A stretch of DNA of 64,000 bases from a virus: positions 48,814 to 112,813 of the IMG/VR virus record IMGVR_UViG_3300003890_000014; one strand, written 5' to 3'. Position numbers and translations under genes: made by a program. Positions 10,335 through 19,692 of the stretch are shown here, piece by piece. Numbering within the stretch: the stretch's first letter is position 1; every line of letters starts with the position of its first letter. The notes under the pieces were generated by a model. The model was not told the DNA's origin and made no database searches. It saw only the letters and a list, made by a program, of their open reading frames with translations.

Positions 10335-13300
10335 TTATCCAATAATTAAGTCTGAGCTATCAAGTCTGGCCAATTCTCCATCGGCCACGACTATATTAGA
10401 AGAATGATTTGAGATAGTAACATCGAAAACTCCGCCCACAGATTGAGCTGCTGTGACGATTTCAGATAAAACTACATCTTGACCCACGCCTCTTGAATTC
10501 ACATACTCTAAAATGGCATTTGAAATAGAGTCACTTACAGAACTGAGGCTGACACCTTCTTCTGTAGTTACATCGATAATAAGTTTTAATTTAACTAGTA
10601 CAGGAGCTAGGACTTCAAATTGAGTTCCGGCGGCTCCTATGCCTGGGTAATTATTTGGATCGTGATCAATTCCGTCAATAGTCCATTGTACTTTCTGAAT
10701 CAAACTTGTGAAATATTTGTATCCATCTACTCCTTCAACTTGAATATTTGAGAAATTAAATCCATTATTATCTCTAATAGTTCCGTTTCTAGCTAATGAG
10801 AATTCAGTTACATCAATAGGAGCATTTGATTGATCGTTCAAAGAAAGAGTATATGGGGCAGATGTGCCTTGAATATCTACTATATATGCTGAACTATTGA
10901 TTCTAAAAGTATCATTTATACTGATCTGATTTATCGTAGCACTTGCTAAAACAAACTGACCTGTAATATTATTATATGAGGATATAGTAGTTTTATGTCC
11001 CGCATTATTACCTGTTAAAAACTCTATAGTCATTCCAGTAAAATAAGATGGGATAGCAGAAGTTAGGACACTTGCTATAAAAGTGTCATAAGGAACTAAA
11101 GAATCTCCAGTAGTCACTGTACCATCTAATGAGATATCTACAAATAATCCTTTTGCTAATCCAGCTATTGAATTTACAGTAAGATCATTTACAGGTGAAC
11201 CTCCAGGGATGGATTGAATTGGTATTCCTATTTCATTTGCGGTTCCACCAGTCACATAAACTTTTCCTTTGCTTCCAGGTAATTTAGTGGCAAGCTGTAC
11301 AAAATCTCCGCTAATACCTACTACATCAGCATCGCCTACAATAGACAGCGTGGTGATATTAAAGTCATTAAGAAACTTAACTGCATTTTCAGCCGTTCTG
11401 GGTACAATAGAAAACTCATCGCCCGATGAAATTGGATTTGGTAAAGTATTAGGGAATATATCCTGATAGGTTATAATTCCTGAAACTCCAGAATAGGCAG
11501 TTACGAGTTGAACTGATCCTGTGTTCAAGCCTGCAGTCCAGTATATCCAAAACTCATTAAAGTATCCGGCATCAGTGTATTTAGAACCTAAAACAGAATC
11601 GGTAAAAGTACCAACTCCTACACCTGTGACTACTCCTTTTGCTTCTAAGGATACTGCAAAAGTTTTATTAAGGCTGTCGTTATCTAAAATTGCTACTAAG
11701 TTTTGTCCTGGGCCTAAAGTAAAACCTTTAGCTGCGGGATTCCCGTTTCTATCTGAGTTACCAGATTGAACAAATGCTAAGTTTGCTAATTGATTCTCTG
11801 CTTCTGTAGTAGAAAAAGCCAGAACAGAGTTTGCTAATCCACCTTTGATTTGAACTTTTCCTGAACTTTGAAAATTTCCAGTTCTAATTCTAACTTCATT
11901 GGTTAAAGTTGTTTCTGCTTTTCCACCAAATAACTGAGCATTTATTACTGCTACGACTTCAGCTGCAGTGGCATTCTGGGCATCGGCGAAATCAGATGCG
12001 TGTACAAAGTTAATAACTTGACATAATACAAATTTATCACCGTTTGAAATAGGATTTGAAAACCCTGCGATAGTTGAGATTTGTCCGGTTAAATTATTAT
12101 ATGAACTTACGAATCCTGTTTGTCCGTAGTTTGCTCCTGAAATCCATTCAATATAGAATCCATTAAATAAAGAAGCAGAATATCCAATCAACGAAGTATC
12201 TATAAAAGTATCATATGGGGCACTGCCATCTCCAATAGTCACAGTCCCATTAAATCCACCATCTATACAAACTATCAAATCCGAAGTAAGTCCAAGACTA
12301 TCAAAGTCATATAATTCAGGAATAGAATCTGAGAAGGCTCTTGTATTGATAGATCCAGCAGTTAGACTATCATTTGCAGATAAAGGAACTTGAAGTTCTA
12401 TCTGTCCATTAGATCGATTTAAAGTGTAGTCTGCATTTTTACCTTGTGAAAGAATACTGAAATTAATTTTAGAGGAGGCTACTGCTGCTCTATTTTCTCC
12501 TCTATAACCTTCAGTTAGATACAAAACTGTATCACTCTCGATACTTTCTATTTTTGTCCAAGAGCCAGCGCCATCTAGATTTGCTTTAATCCACTGTCCC
12601 TCTTGAAGATCAGAAGTAAATAAAGTTCCAGCTCCTGTTACTACCTTACTACCACCTGAGAAAGTGACAAGTCCATTGATAGAGGCAGGTATGCAAAATC
12701 CTAATGCTGTAGCAGCTCCGCCGCCAGTTACTTGCATCTTGGACATTTCGCTATTTTCTACTTCAGAAATTATTTTAATTTTAGTATTGTCTACTGCAAG
12801 TTCAATTTTTGATAAATTAAGTTCTTGTACAATTCGGTTATATACTTCTAAAGCAAGAGCTTGAGAAGGATTTGCAAAATCATTAGGACCAAATGATATT
12901 ACTTCAGTTTGCTCAATATCTCCATTAGCAGCTACTTCAAGTTGAGGGGAGTTCCAAATTACGATATTTCCTAAACCACCTCCGGCATTAGGATAAGCAG
13001 AGTCTAAAATAAATTTGGTATCTGATACTACAGTTAAAACTCTAGTATAAAATAGATCTGAGTCTCCAGAGAATTTAATGTAATCTCCAGGATGTACGAA
13101 TTGATTAAATGGATTTACTCCAGGAACAGTTTTAGTTACAATTCTAGAATTTGGAACCACTGTAATATCTGAGTCAGTAGTGGTAACAACATTAGTGCTT
13201 AAGTTAAAAGGTTGCGCTAAACTTATCAAAGAGGCAGTTAAACCATCTTTAGTGAGTAACTTATCATTTTTATAAAGTTTAAGAGTAAATACTTCTAACT

Positions 13301-14690
13301 CAGAGAAATTCAAAGCTTCGTTGGCTGTTGATGCTGAATCCAATTGCATGTTCTCATTTGTTCTAGTTCTAGGACTGATAATAACTTTACGACCATCTGA
13401 GTCTGTGATAGTACGTGCTTCAAATAAAGTTGCACGATTGTTGATGGCTTCCGCAATTTCAGTTGCCTCTGCTTTACTAGGAGTTTCAAAATCAGATGAT
13501 GCAAAAGTAAATGTCTCTTCATCCGTACCAATATTAAGTACTAAAGTTTCTAAACCCGAAAGATTAAAAGGTTCTACTTTTTGAGAAATAATAGTAGACT
13601 TAGCGATTGGGAAATTCTGTAATTGGAAGAATTGTTCTCCTCCAGTCGCTTGTGTAACTAATGTCTCTAATCCAATTGAACTAAAAGCGGGTTCTAAACC
13701 TCTACCGTTATCAATATAAACTTTCGTGGGACCATCGGCAATATTTACTGGAGGAATAATACTTACACTTACTACACTTGAGTTTGTATTCTCATCAATT
13801 AATCCAATAATACCGCTCTTAATAGATTGACCAGTTCCTCTAGACAAAGCTTGAATATAATCTCTAATTCTATCTCTTAAATCTTGATCTGATTCAACAT
13901 CTCGTCCATTTATAAATGGAAGTGGGTTAGTAACAGCGGCTGTTGGGAATGGAGCACTAGGAAAGGAGATTACTGAATTGGCGGGGACTTTAATTCCTCC
14001 TGGTTCTACTGCAGTGACAAGAATATTTGTTACTTCATCTTCGCCATCTAGTAAAACAACTTCTTGATTAATCTCAAATAAAACTTGCTCGCTTACATCT
14101 GATTCTGGAATTTCTACTTCAGTTCCAGCAGGAATACTTCTAATCCCTCCTTGAGCTAAAATCACACTCTCGTCTGTACCATGATCATTAATCAAAGCTA
14201 CATCTAACGAGATAGTCCAATATGATCCGTTATTAATTGGAGCAGAAGAATAAGAAATAGAACCTTCTGAATTAGCGGTGCCTCTCCCGATGTAGATTGC
14301 GCCTGAAGCAGGAAAACTGGAAGCATCGTCGATATTGATTATTGAAGATCCTGCGGTAGGTCCTGAAAGACCCGCATATAATTTTGTAGAGATTTTTGAA
14401 AAGGCTACGTCACTAATCGACACAAATCCACTATGTGGAGCAGACTGTTTTCTGCTTAGACCATATTCAGCGGCTCGCTTATCTAAATCTTCCCCTTCAG
14501 TAGTATCGAGATTATAATTGCGGATAATATTCAACATCTGAATATATTGTTGAAAATCTTCTTGTGCTGAAGTTTCGAGTAATGTGAGAGCTACTGATCC
14601 ATCAGTAAAATCTGTAATAGGAGTTTCCGCAGATAATTTAGCAGCTTGATCTGCTACAATTTGAGGAAATGATTTAGGTGTAAATTTCAT
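10335..14690 (-). CDS. Baseplate J-like (gp6) wedge protein, greatly enlarged (1451 aa)
   Basis: TDFTDGSVALTLLE, TTEGEDLDKRAAEYGLSRK, NGRDVESDQDLRDRI and C-terminal YVNSRGVGQDVVLSEIV..SVGGVFDV are Baseplate_J hallmarks. Confidence 0.85.
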   Translation of the reverse strand: MKFTPKSFPQIVADQAAKLSAETPITDFTDGSVALTLLETSAQEDFQQYIQMLNIIRNYNLDTTEGEDLDKRAAEYGLSRKQSAPHSGFVSISDVAFSKISTKLYAGLSGPTAGSSIINIDDASSFPASGAIYIGRGTANSEGSISYSSAPINNGSYWTISLDVALINDHGTDESVILAQGGIRSIPAGTEVEIPESDVSEQVLFEINQEVVLLDGEDEVTNILVTAVEPGGIKVPANSVISFPSAPFPTAAVTNPLPFINGRDVESDQDLRDRIRDYIQALSRGTGQSIKSGIIGLIDENTNSSVVSVSIIPPVNIADGPTKVYIDNGRGLEPAFSSIGLETLVTQATGGEQFFQLQNFPIAKSTIISQKVEPFNLSGLETLVLNIGTDEETFTFASSDFETPSKAEATEIAEAINNRATLFEARTITDSDGRKVIISPRTRTNENMQLDSASTANEALNFSELEVFTLKLYKNDKLLTKDGLTASLISLAQPFNLSTNVVTTTDSDITVVPNSRIVTKTVPGVNPFNQFVHPGDYIKFSGDSDLFYTRVLTVVSDTKFILDSAYPNAGGGLGNIVIWNSPQLEVAANGDIEQTEVISFGPNDFANPSQALALEVYNRIVQELNLSKIELAVDNTKIKIISEVENSEMSKMQVTGGGAATALGFCIPASINGLVTFSGGSKVVTGAGTLFTSDLQEGQWIKANLDGAGSWTKIESIESDTVLYLTEGYRGENRAAVASSKINFSILSQGKNADYTLNRSNGQIELQVPLSANDSLTAGSINTRAFSDSIPELYDFDSLGLTSDLIVCIDGGFNGTVTIGDGSAPYDTFIDTSLIGYSASLFNGFYIEWISGANYGQTGFVSSYNNLTGQISTIAGFSNPISNGDKFVLCQVINFVHASDFADAQNATAAEVVAVINAQLFGGKAETTLTNEVRIRTGNFQSSGKVQIKGGLANSVLAFSTTEAENQLANLAFVQSGNSDRNGNPAAKGFTLGPGQNLVAILDNDSLNKTFAVSLEAKGVVTGVGVGTFTDSVLGSKYTDAGYFNEFWIYWTAGLNTGSVQLVTAYSGVSGIITYQDIFPNTLPNPISSGDEFSIVPRTAENAVKFLNDFNITTLSIVGDADVVGISGDFVQLATKLPGSKGKVYVTGGTANEIGIPIQSIPGGSPVNDLTVNSIAGLAKGLFVDISLDGTVTTGDSLVPYDTFIASVLTSAIPSYFTGMTIEFLTGNNAGHKTTISSYNNITGQFVLASATINQISINDTFRINSSAYIVDIQGTSAPYTLSLNDQSNAPIDVTEFSLARNGTIRDNNGFNFSNIQVEGVDGYKYFTSLIQKVQWTIDGIDHDPNNYPGIGAAGTQFEVLAPVLVKLKLIIDVTTEEGVSLSSVSDSISNAILEYVNSRGVGQDVVLSEIVTAAQSVGGVFDVTISNHSSNIVVADGELARLDSSDLIIG

Positions 14691-15202
14691 ATTCTATTAC
14701 CTTTTTTAATATTATCCAAAGCTGGTAAATACTGTAAATTATAATCTACATGTAATCCTGTTATATTCTTTCCTTTAAGCGGAATGATATGGTCTACATG
14801 AAAACCTTTAGGACAATTTTTATAAATATCTTTAATCTTATCTAAGTTAGCCCATTTAGGAGTGGCGTTTAGCTTTGCGGCTCTGCGGTTTGCCTCTACG
14901 GCATTATAATATTTTCTATTAGTTTTTTTAGATATATTACTTAAGTGCCTAGCCTTCTCGCGATTATTTTCTCTCCATACTTTATTCCTTTTAAGAATAC
15001 TAAAACTACCATTTTTATAAAGCATCTTATGCCTTAAACTTTCGCAATTTTTGCAGTGGGATGCCCGACCATCTTTATGATGCTTAACCTTTTGAAATTC
15101 TACTATATTTTTAGTACTTAAACACTTAGAGCAAGTTTTAAACCCGAGAACTAAAAGTTCTATGTTATCCTTTATTTTGTAAGGCCGCCCTTTTGTTTTC
15201 AT
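14687..15202 (-). CDS. Free-standing HNH homing endonuclease
   Basis: CSKC...CKNC; RRAAKLNATPKWA; HVDHIIPLKG..GLHV.YNLQYLPALDNIKKGN. Confidence 0.9.
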   Translation of the reverse strand: MKTKGRPYKIKDNIELLVLGFKTCSKCLSTKNIVEFQKVKHHKDGRASHCKNCESLRHKMLYKNGSFSILKRNKVWRENNREKARHLSNISKKTNRKYYNAVEANRRAAKLNATPKWANLDKIKDIYKNCPKGFHVDHIIPLKGKNITGLHVDYNLQYLPALDNIKKGNRI

Positions 15203-15206
15203 ATTT

Positions 15207-15629
15207 TTATCCGTTCAAGGTGACGAACTGTAATGGAACTTGAATCCCAGTGTTTACAATCGATACTCGTAAATCCACTAATACAGTACTACCTAGTATT
15301 TTAACATTTGTATCAATATTTTCAAATCTTTCGTCTTGATTAAGAGACTTTAATATTTGAGTTTTAATACTAAAAGCGTCGGTTATTTTCTCCCCAATCC
15401 TAAGATCGGTGCCAATCTCTGGGTGATACAGAAGTCCTTTAGGCTCAATGTTAAGTTTTAAGAACACTGCTTGAGCTGCATTTTGTACTCCAGCAATCAA
15501 CTTAAAGTCATTGAAATTATTAAGTTCTAGATCGCCGTTCTGATTAATTTTAAGATCTACTCCAAGATTTTTTTCAGTCTCAGTTAGATTCTTTGTTAAT
15601 ATCGAATCTGGACCACGTAAAATAGGCAT
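15207..15629 (-). CDS. gp25/gpW-like baseplate sheath-initiator protein
   Basis: GDLEL...LIAGVQNAAQA...PKGLLYHPEIGTDL...LNQDERF motif; upstream of baseplate J. Confidence 0.8.
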   Translation of the reverse strand: MPILRGPDSILTKNLTETEKNLGVDLKINQNGDLELNNFNDFKLIAGVQNAAQAVFLKLNIEPKGLLYHPEIGTDLRIGEKITDAFSIKTQILKSLNQDERFENIDTNVKILGSTVLVDLRVSIVNTGIQVPLQFVTLNG

Positions 15630-15630
15630 A

Positions 15631-17391
15631 TTAATCTGTCCCTACTAATATATATTCTCCTGGCCTCTTAATACCGTCACCACCTGCTACATCAATATAA
15701 GGAGGTTTAAGACTGTTTAAGATCACAAGTTCTGGCCATCTAGTAGCATCTCCCATCTCATTTAATGCTATACGCTCTAAAGTATCATTCTTACGAATAA
15801 CAATCTGCCTAACATTCTTTGGTCTAGAGAATGAAATAAAGTTTTGTTCTACTGGTTGATTAGGATCTGTAAATGCTTTTTGTGCGTCTTCAAAATCCTT
15901 TTCTGCGTCAGATTGAAAAGCTGAATTAGTAGCTAACAATTGATTTAGTCCACTACCTACGTTAAATACAGATCCCATTAAAAGAAACTCTTCATCACTG
16001 GCGATCTTAAGAGGATTTGGTTGATTCGTAGGAACACGACCTTTAATAGTGTCAAAGAAGCTGCTGCCCATATTAACAGAATCAGCGATATTATAAGACT
16101 GTTCAATTAAAGTATTTTTAGTAGCTTGAACAAAAGATCGAGGCATAGGAACATTTGATGCATTACTAATTAAATCTCCTAATCGTTTATCGGAATCATC
16201 TTTAGATTGTTTTTTGGCTCGTTCTTCAGCATCAGTTAAAAGCTTTTGTCTTTTGTCCATTTCTGCTAAACGACGATTCTTTTCTTTAATGCCTAATGGA
16301 TCAGCTAAACTAATATTAGAAAATTTACTTGAAGCTTCTCTGATTCCTAAAATAATATCTGTATAATTTCTCATCAAAATTGAAGGAAGAGATAAAACTG
16401 TAGCAGTCCCTTCAGCTAAATCCTCCATAGCGAATTGAATCTGTCTTAGAGGTCCGTTTACAGTTTGATCGATTGCTTGAAAAGTTTTTTGAAAGAAAGA
16501 GGAAGTTTCATTAATACCTGAGCGAACTTGTGCAATTCCTGAAGAGATGTTTGCAGATATATTCCCAATTTGGGATAAAAGATCTAGTTTATCTTTTTTA
16601 TTATTTTTTACAAATAGAGCATTTAAGGTACCAATAGCTTTGAGTACAATACGATAATTATATTGAAGAGGAGCTTTCGAATTACGTTCCATTGTAAACT
16701 CAAGCGGTTCTACAAGAAGAGATTGTCCATCTTTTTCGTTTAAAAATACTAAAAATTTATTACCGTTAGATTTAACTTTCTCGCTTGCATATCGGAGAAA
16801 GAACTGTCTTAATCCTAAAAACTCTTCATAACCAGTTACAGTAGAAGTTTTAGAATTTTTAGATCTACCTGTTGCGGGATCAACTCCGGCTGGCTCTTTA
16901 GGGGGGTCAGTGATATTTCCACCTGCAAAAATTTGGGATTGAGATCCTTCAAATTTTCCTCTTTGACCAGGGAATACACCTGTAGTTCCTTGAATCATGA
17001 TGTCTTTAAATATGACACCTTCAGTTTCTACAATAATACCTTTACGAGTTGCTGCAATATTGGTAGCAAAGATTTCTTTTTGGGTAATAGCTTGTGGAGG
17101 GATATCTAAGTAATATGTATCAGAATTAGTTTCAGCTGCAGCTATACCTCCGCCTGTTACTTGATCGCCAGAGAAAATAGCAAAACCGTATCTTACTGTA
17201 TTTGGTTTTTGGGTGTTCCCAGTCCAATTTTGGATCTTAGGGATAGATGGCAAACCGCCGTACTCGGGTTTATAAAGAGCAACGCCGCCTTTAGGAAAAG
17301 GGGTTTTGCTTCCTCCAGAGCCGAAAATCTGATTCAGAGACTCTCCAAAATCAGAGGCAATTTGTTTGAGATTTCCAATACCTATGCCCAT
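15631..17391 (-). CDS. Baseplate tube-initiator protein with C-terminal LysM-like (tail X) domain
   Basis: N-terminal tube-initiator-like segment (IPPQAIT..IMIQGTTG) and C-terminal IRKNDTLERIALNEMGDATRWPELVILNSL LysM-like motif. Confidence 0.65.
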   Translation of the reverse strand: MGIGIGNLKQIASDFGESLNQIFGSGGSKTPFPKGGVALYKPEYGGLPSIPKIQNWTGNTQKPNTVRYGFAIFSGDQVTGGGIAAAETNSDTYYLDIPPQAITQKEIFATNIAATRKGIIVETEGVIFKDIMIQGTTGVFPGQRGKFEGSQSQIFAGGNITDPPKEPAGVDPATGRSKNSKTSTVTGYEEFLGLRQFFLRYASEKVKSNGNKFLVFLNEKDGQSLLVEPLEFTMERNSKAPLQYNYRIVLKAIGTLNALFVKNNKKDKLDLLSQIGNISANISSGIAQVRSGINETSSFFQKTFQAIDQTVNGPLRQIQFAMEDLAEGTATVLSLPSILMRNYTDIILGIREASSKFSNISLADPLGIKEKNRRLAEMDKRQKLLTDAEERAKKQSKDDSDKRLGDLISNASNVPMPRSFVQATKNTLIEQSYNIADSVNMGSSFFDTIKGRVPTNQPNPLKIASDEEFLLMGSVFNVGSGLNQLLATNSAFQSDAEKDFEDAQKAFTDPNQPVEQNFISFSRPKNVRQIVIRKNDTLERIALNEMGDATRWPELVILNSLKPPYIDVAGGDGIKRPGEYILVGTD

Positions 17392-17451
17392 TTTCTCTTT
17401 TTATCCTTATATTATTATTTTCTTAAGTATATCATGTTATGTCCGCTTTAT

Positions 17452-17787
17452 TTACTCAATTGTTACACTGATTTCAAATTCCCAATCCAGCATATCTAAA
17501 GATGGTAAAGCTGGGAGAGTGGGTAATGAGGGAAGAGAAAAACCTAGTGAAGGTATGGGGATAGGTAGTGTAAAAGTTGGAAGTGTGGGTAATGTTGGGA
17601 GTGCTAGATCTAAATTAGCATCAAATGTTGGGAGTGTAGGTAAAGCTGGGAGAGTGGGTAATGAGGGAAGGGAAAAACCTAGTGAAGGTATGGGGATAGG
17701 TAGTTCTGGTATTGGCATCTTCAATACCTGATTGATCAGTACTGATCCTTCAAAACTTCCTTTTGTAGTTTGAACTAATACTGACAT
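17452..17787 (-). CDS. Pro/Leu-rich low-complexity protein (LPx repeats)
   Basis: 111 aa, coupled to the upstream gene; (LP[ST/A])n repeats with an internal duplication. Confidence 0.6.
   Translation of the reverse strand: MSVLVQTTKGSFEGSVLINQVLKMPIPELPIPIPSLGFSLPSLPTLPALPTLPTFDANLDLALPTLPTLPTFTLPIPIPSLGFSLPSLPTLPALPSLDMLDWEFEISVTIE
17504..17704. repeat. 66-bp direct repeat (17504-17569 and 17639-17704, one mismatch)
   Basis: GGTAAAGCTGGGAGAGTGGGTAATGAGGGAAG(A/G)GAAAAACCTAGTGAAGGTATGGGGATAGGTAGT occurs twice, 135 bp apart, in frame. Confidence 0.95.
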
Positions 17788-17788
17788 A

Positions 17789-18433
17789 TTAACTTATTAA
17801 ACCTCCGCTCGCTGTTCCTGCTATAAGTGCTCCACCACCTGCAGAACAAGCTCCAGTTACAGTAGAATAATTTACCTGAGCATTTGCCATAATATAATTG
17901 GCAATAGCAGTGCATTTTGCTATTAGTTGCGGAGTTGGGCCAGGAAATGGTACTAAAGATGCTACTAAAGTTGCCATAGCAGGTCCATTTAAATTTATAA
18001 TTTGTCCATTGGTTCCGACTCCAGTAAAAACTCCTGGAGTAATAAGGGTATTTGTACAAGCCCCATTAATTGTTCCTACAGAAAAAGTCACTTGTCCTAC
18101 AGTCTGAATATGTTGAACAATACCTTCACAGAAATTCATCAATTGAGGAGTTGCAAACGGGTAATCTATAGGGTCACTAGCAACAATAAAACTAGAAGCA
18201 GAACTTCCTGTCATACCAGACATAAGTCCTGCAGAAGCTCCTCCTGCAATAAGCGGCCCTCCAGAAGGGGGTACTACTCCAAATACTGTTCCTGGAAGAT
18301 TACTTACTGTACATTTAGTTTGAATCTCTAAAATAATACCAGTGGCCCAAGCTACAAGTTGAGCTGATACAGGAGACGGAAAAGCCATTGCTGATCTAAT
18401 TGCTTCTGCTAAGTCTGCTGCTATTAGCGGCAT
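17789..18433 (-). CDS. Gly/Ala/Cys-rich baseplate-tip-associated protein with internal repeats
   Basis: 214 aa, repeated PQL...GI/AI...I..GG.LIAG units; directly after the spike gene. Confidence 0.55.
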   Translation of the reverse strand: MPLIAADLAEAIRSAMAFPSPVSAQLVAWATGIILEIQTKCTVSNLPGTVFGVVPPSGGPLIAGGASAGLMSGMTGSSASSFIVASDPIDYPFATPQLMNFCEGIVQHIQTVGQVTFSVGTINGACTNTLITPGVFTGVGTNGQIINLNGPAMATLVASLVPFPGPTPQLIAKCTAIANYIMANAQVNYSTVTGACSAGGGALIAGTASGGLIS

Positions 18434-19689
18434 TAGATTGATCCTTTTATGGTTAATAGTAATGACTTGATAACCGTTAATGCAGAGCCTACAGCAGCAT
18501 ATGCTGCGGCATTTAGAGGAGGGGATGTTGGATATCCCAGATTTCCGATATGAGTTTCAGCAGCCATTGCTGTTGTCAAAGTATTCAATTGAACTAGTGT
18601 TTGATCAAATAAATCTAATAGTTCTGCAGCTGGAGTTCCTAAAGCTACTTGGCCGTTTTGAATAGTAATTTTTGCAATAGTGTCTTGTAATATAATACCA
18701 CCAGCATCTAATATCATCTTGCCTGATGCTTGGAGATTAATATCAGTATCTGAAAAAGCTTGTAGTTTACTCGGTAAAACGCTGAAAGCTTTTTTACCAT
18801 CACTACTACCTAAAGTGTTCTCTTCACCTATTGTAAATACGTTTCCATCTGCTTGAACTAAGGATACAGCGCCTGATTCAGCATCTAAGAATAGGTAACT
18901 ACCATCAGCTGAAGTTAGTTTAATAGAGCCATTCTTATCAATATTAAATAGGGCACCTTTTTTATGCACCATTGTAATTGACTCTTCTCCAGTAAGGTCG
19001 TTGATTTCAAATAACTGTTTTCCTGCAGTATAAACTTGGATCTTCTCCTTACCTTTATCGTTCTCAATAGTAATTCTATGACCAGTTGTGGTTTGAACTT
19101 TTCCATCTTTTCCAATTTTAAAAGTAGTTTTACTTAGAGCTGGATTTGCAGGTTGCCCATTAGCTTTCTTTGCTCCATTATAGGTAAGAATGAAATCTCC
19201 ATCCTTATTAATTTCCCATTGAAAACCTCTAAATTCACCTTTTTTATGAATGCCATCTTTCTTGGTTCCGCCCTTCTTTTTAGGATGATCAAAAGTTCCA
19301 ATTATAAAAGGTTTGTCTTTGCTACCATGTAGAAAAGCAAGTACTACGGTAGTACCATTTTTATTAGCAAAGAAGTTACTGGTATCTAATTTACCCGAAA
19401 AGGCAAATTCATTTGATTCAAGAACGGTCTCTTCAAAATCATTAACTCCAAAAATAGAAGACATTTTTCTTACATTTTTAAATATACTCTGTCCACCTTT
19501 AGCATCTCGTACACTTACATCGTATTCAATAAACTTTTTAGATATGTTAGTAGGATCATCGGTATAGATGATCTTTTCTACTTGTCCATACATGAAACGT
19601 AGCCCTTCATCGTACACATCTTGAGCAGAAGCTTCATTTCGAGTATTAAAGTAAGAATTAATTAATGTACCATTTTTAAGTTTAGTCAT
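18433..19689 (-). CDS. Baseplate central spike (gp5/gpV-like)
   Basis: OB-fold-like GTTVVLAFLHGSKDKPFIIG, beta-helix repeats, C-terminal THIGNLGYPTSPP. Confidence 0.7.
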   Translation of the reverse strand: MTKLKNGTLINSYFNTRNEASAQDVYDEGLRFMYGQVEKIIYTDDPTNISKKFIEYDVSVRDAKGGQSIFKNVRKMSSIFGVNDFEETVLESNEFAFSGKLDTSNFFANKNGTTVVLAFLHGSKDKPFIIGTFDHPKKKGGTKKDGIHKKGEFRGFQWEINKDGDFILTYNGAKKANGQPANPALSKTTFKIGKDGKVQTTTGHRITIENDKGKEKIQVYTAGKQLFEINDLTGEESITMVHKKGALFNIDKNGSIKLTSADGSYLFLDAESGAVSLVQADGNVFTIGEENTLGSSDGKKAFSVLPSKLQAFSDTDINLQASGKMILDAGGIILQDTIAKITIQNGQVALGTPAAELLDLFDQTLVQLNTLTTAMAAETHIGNLGYPTSPPLNAAAYAAVGSALTVIKSLLLTIKGSI

Positions 19690-19692
19690 TTT

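Noticed and set aside
17366-17731. Plus-strand repeat-containing ORF
   Set aside because: Antisense shadow of the Pro/Leu-rich gene, opposite to the operon direction.
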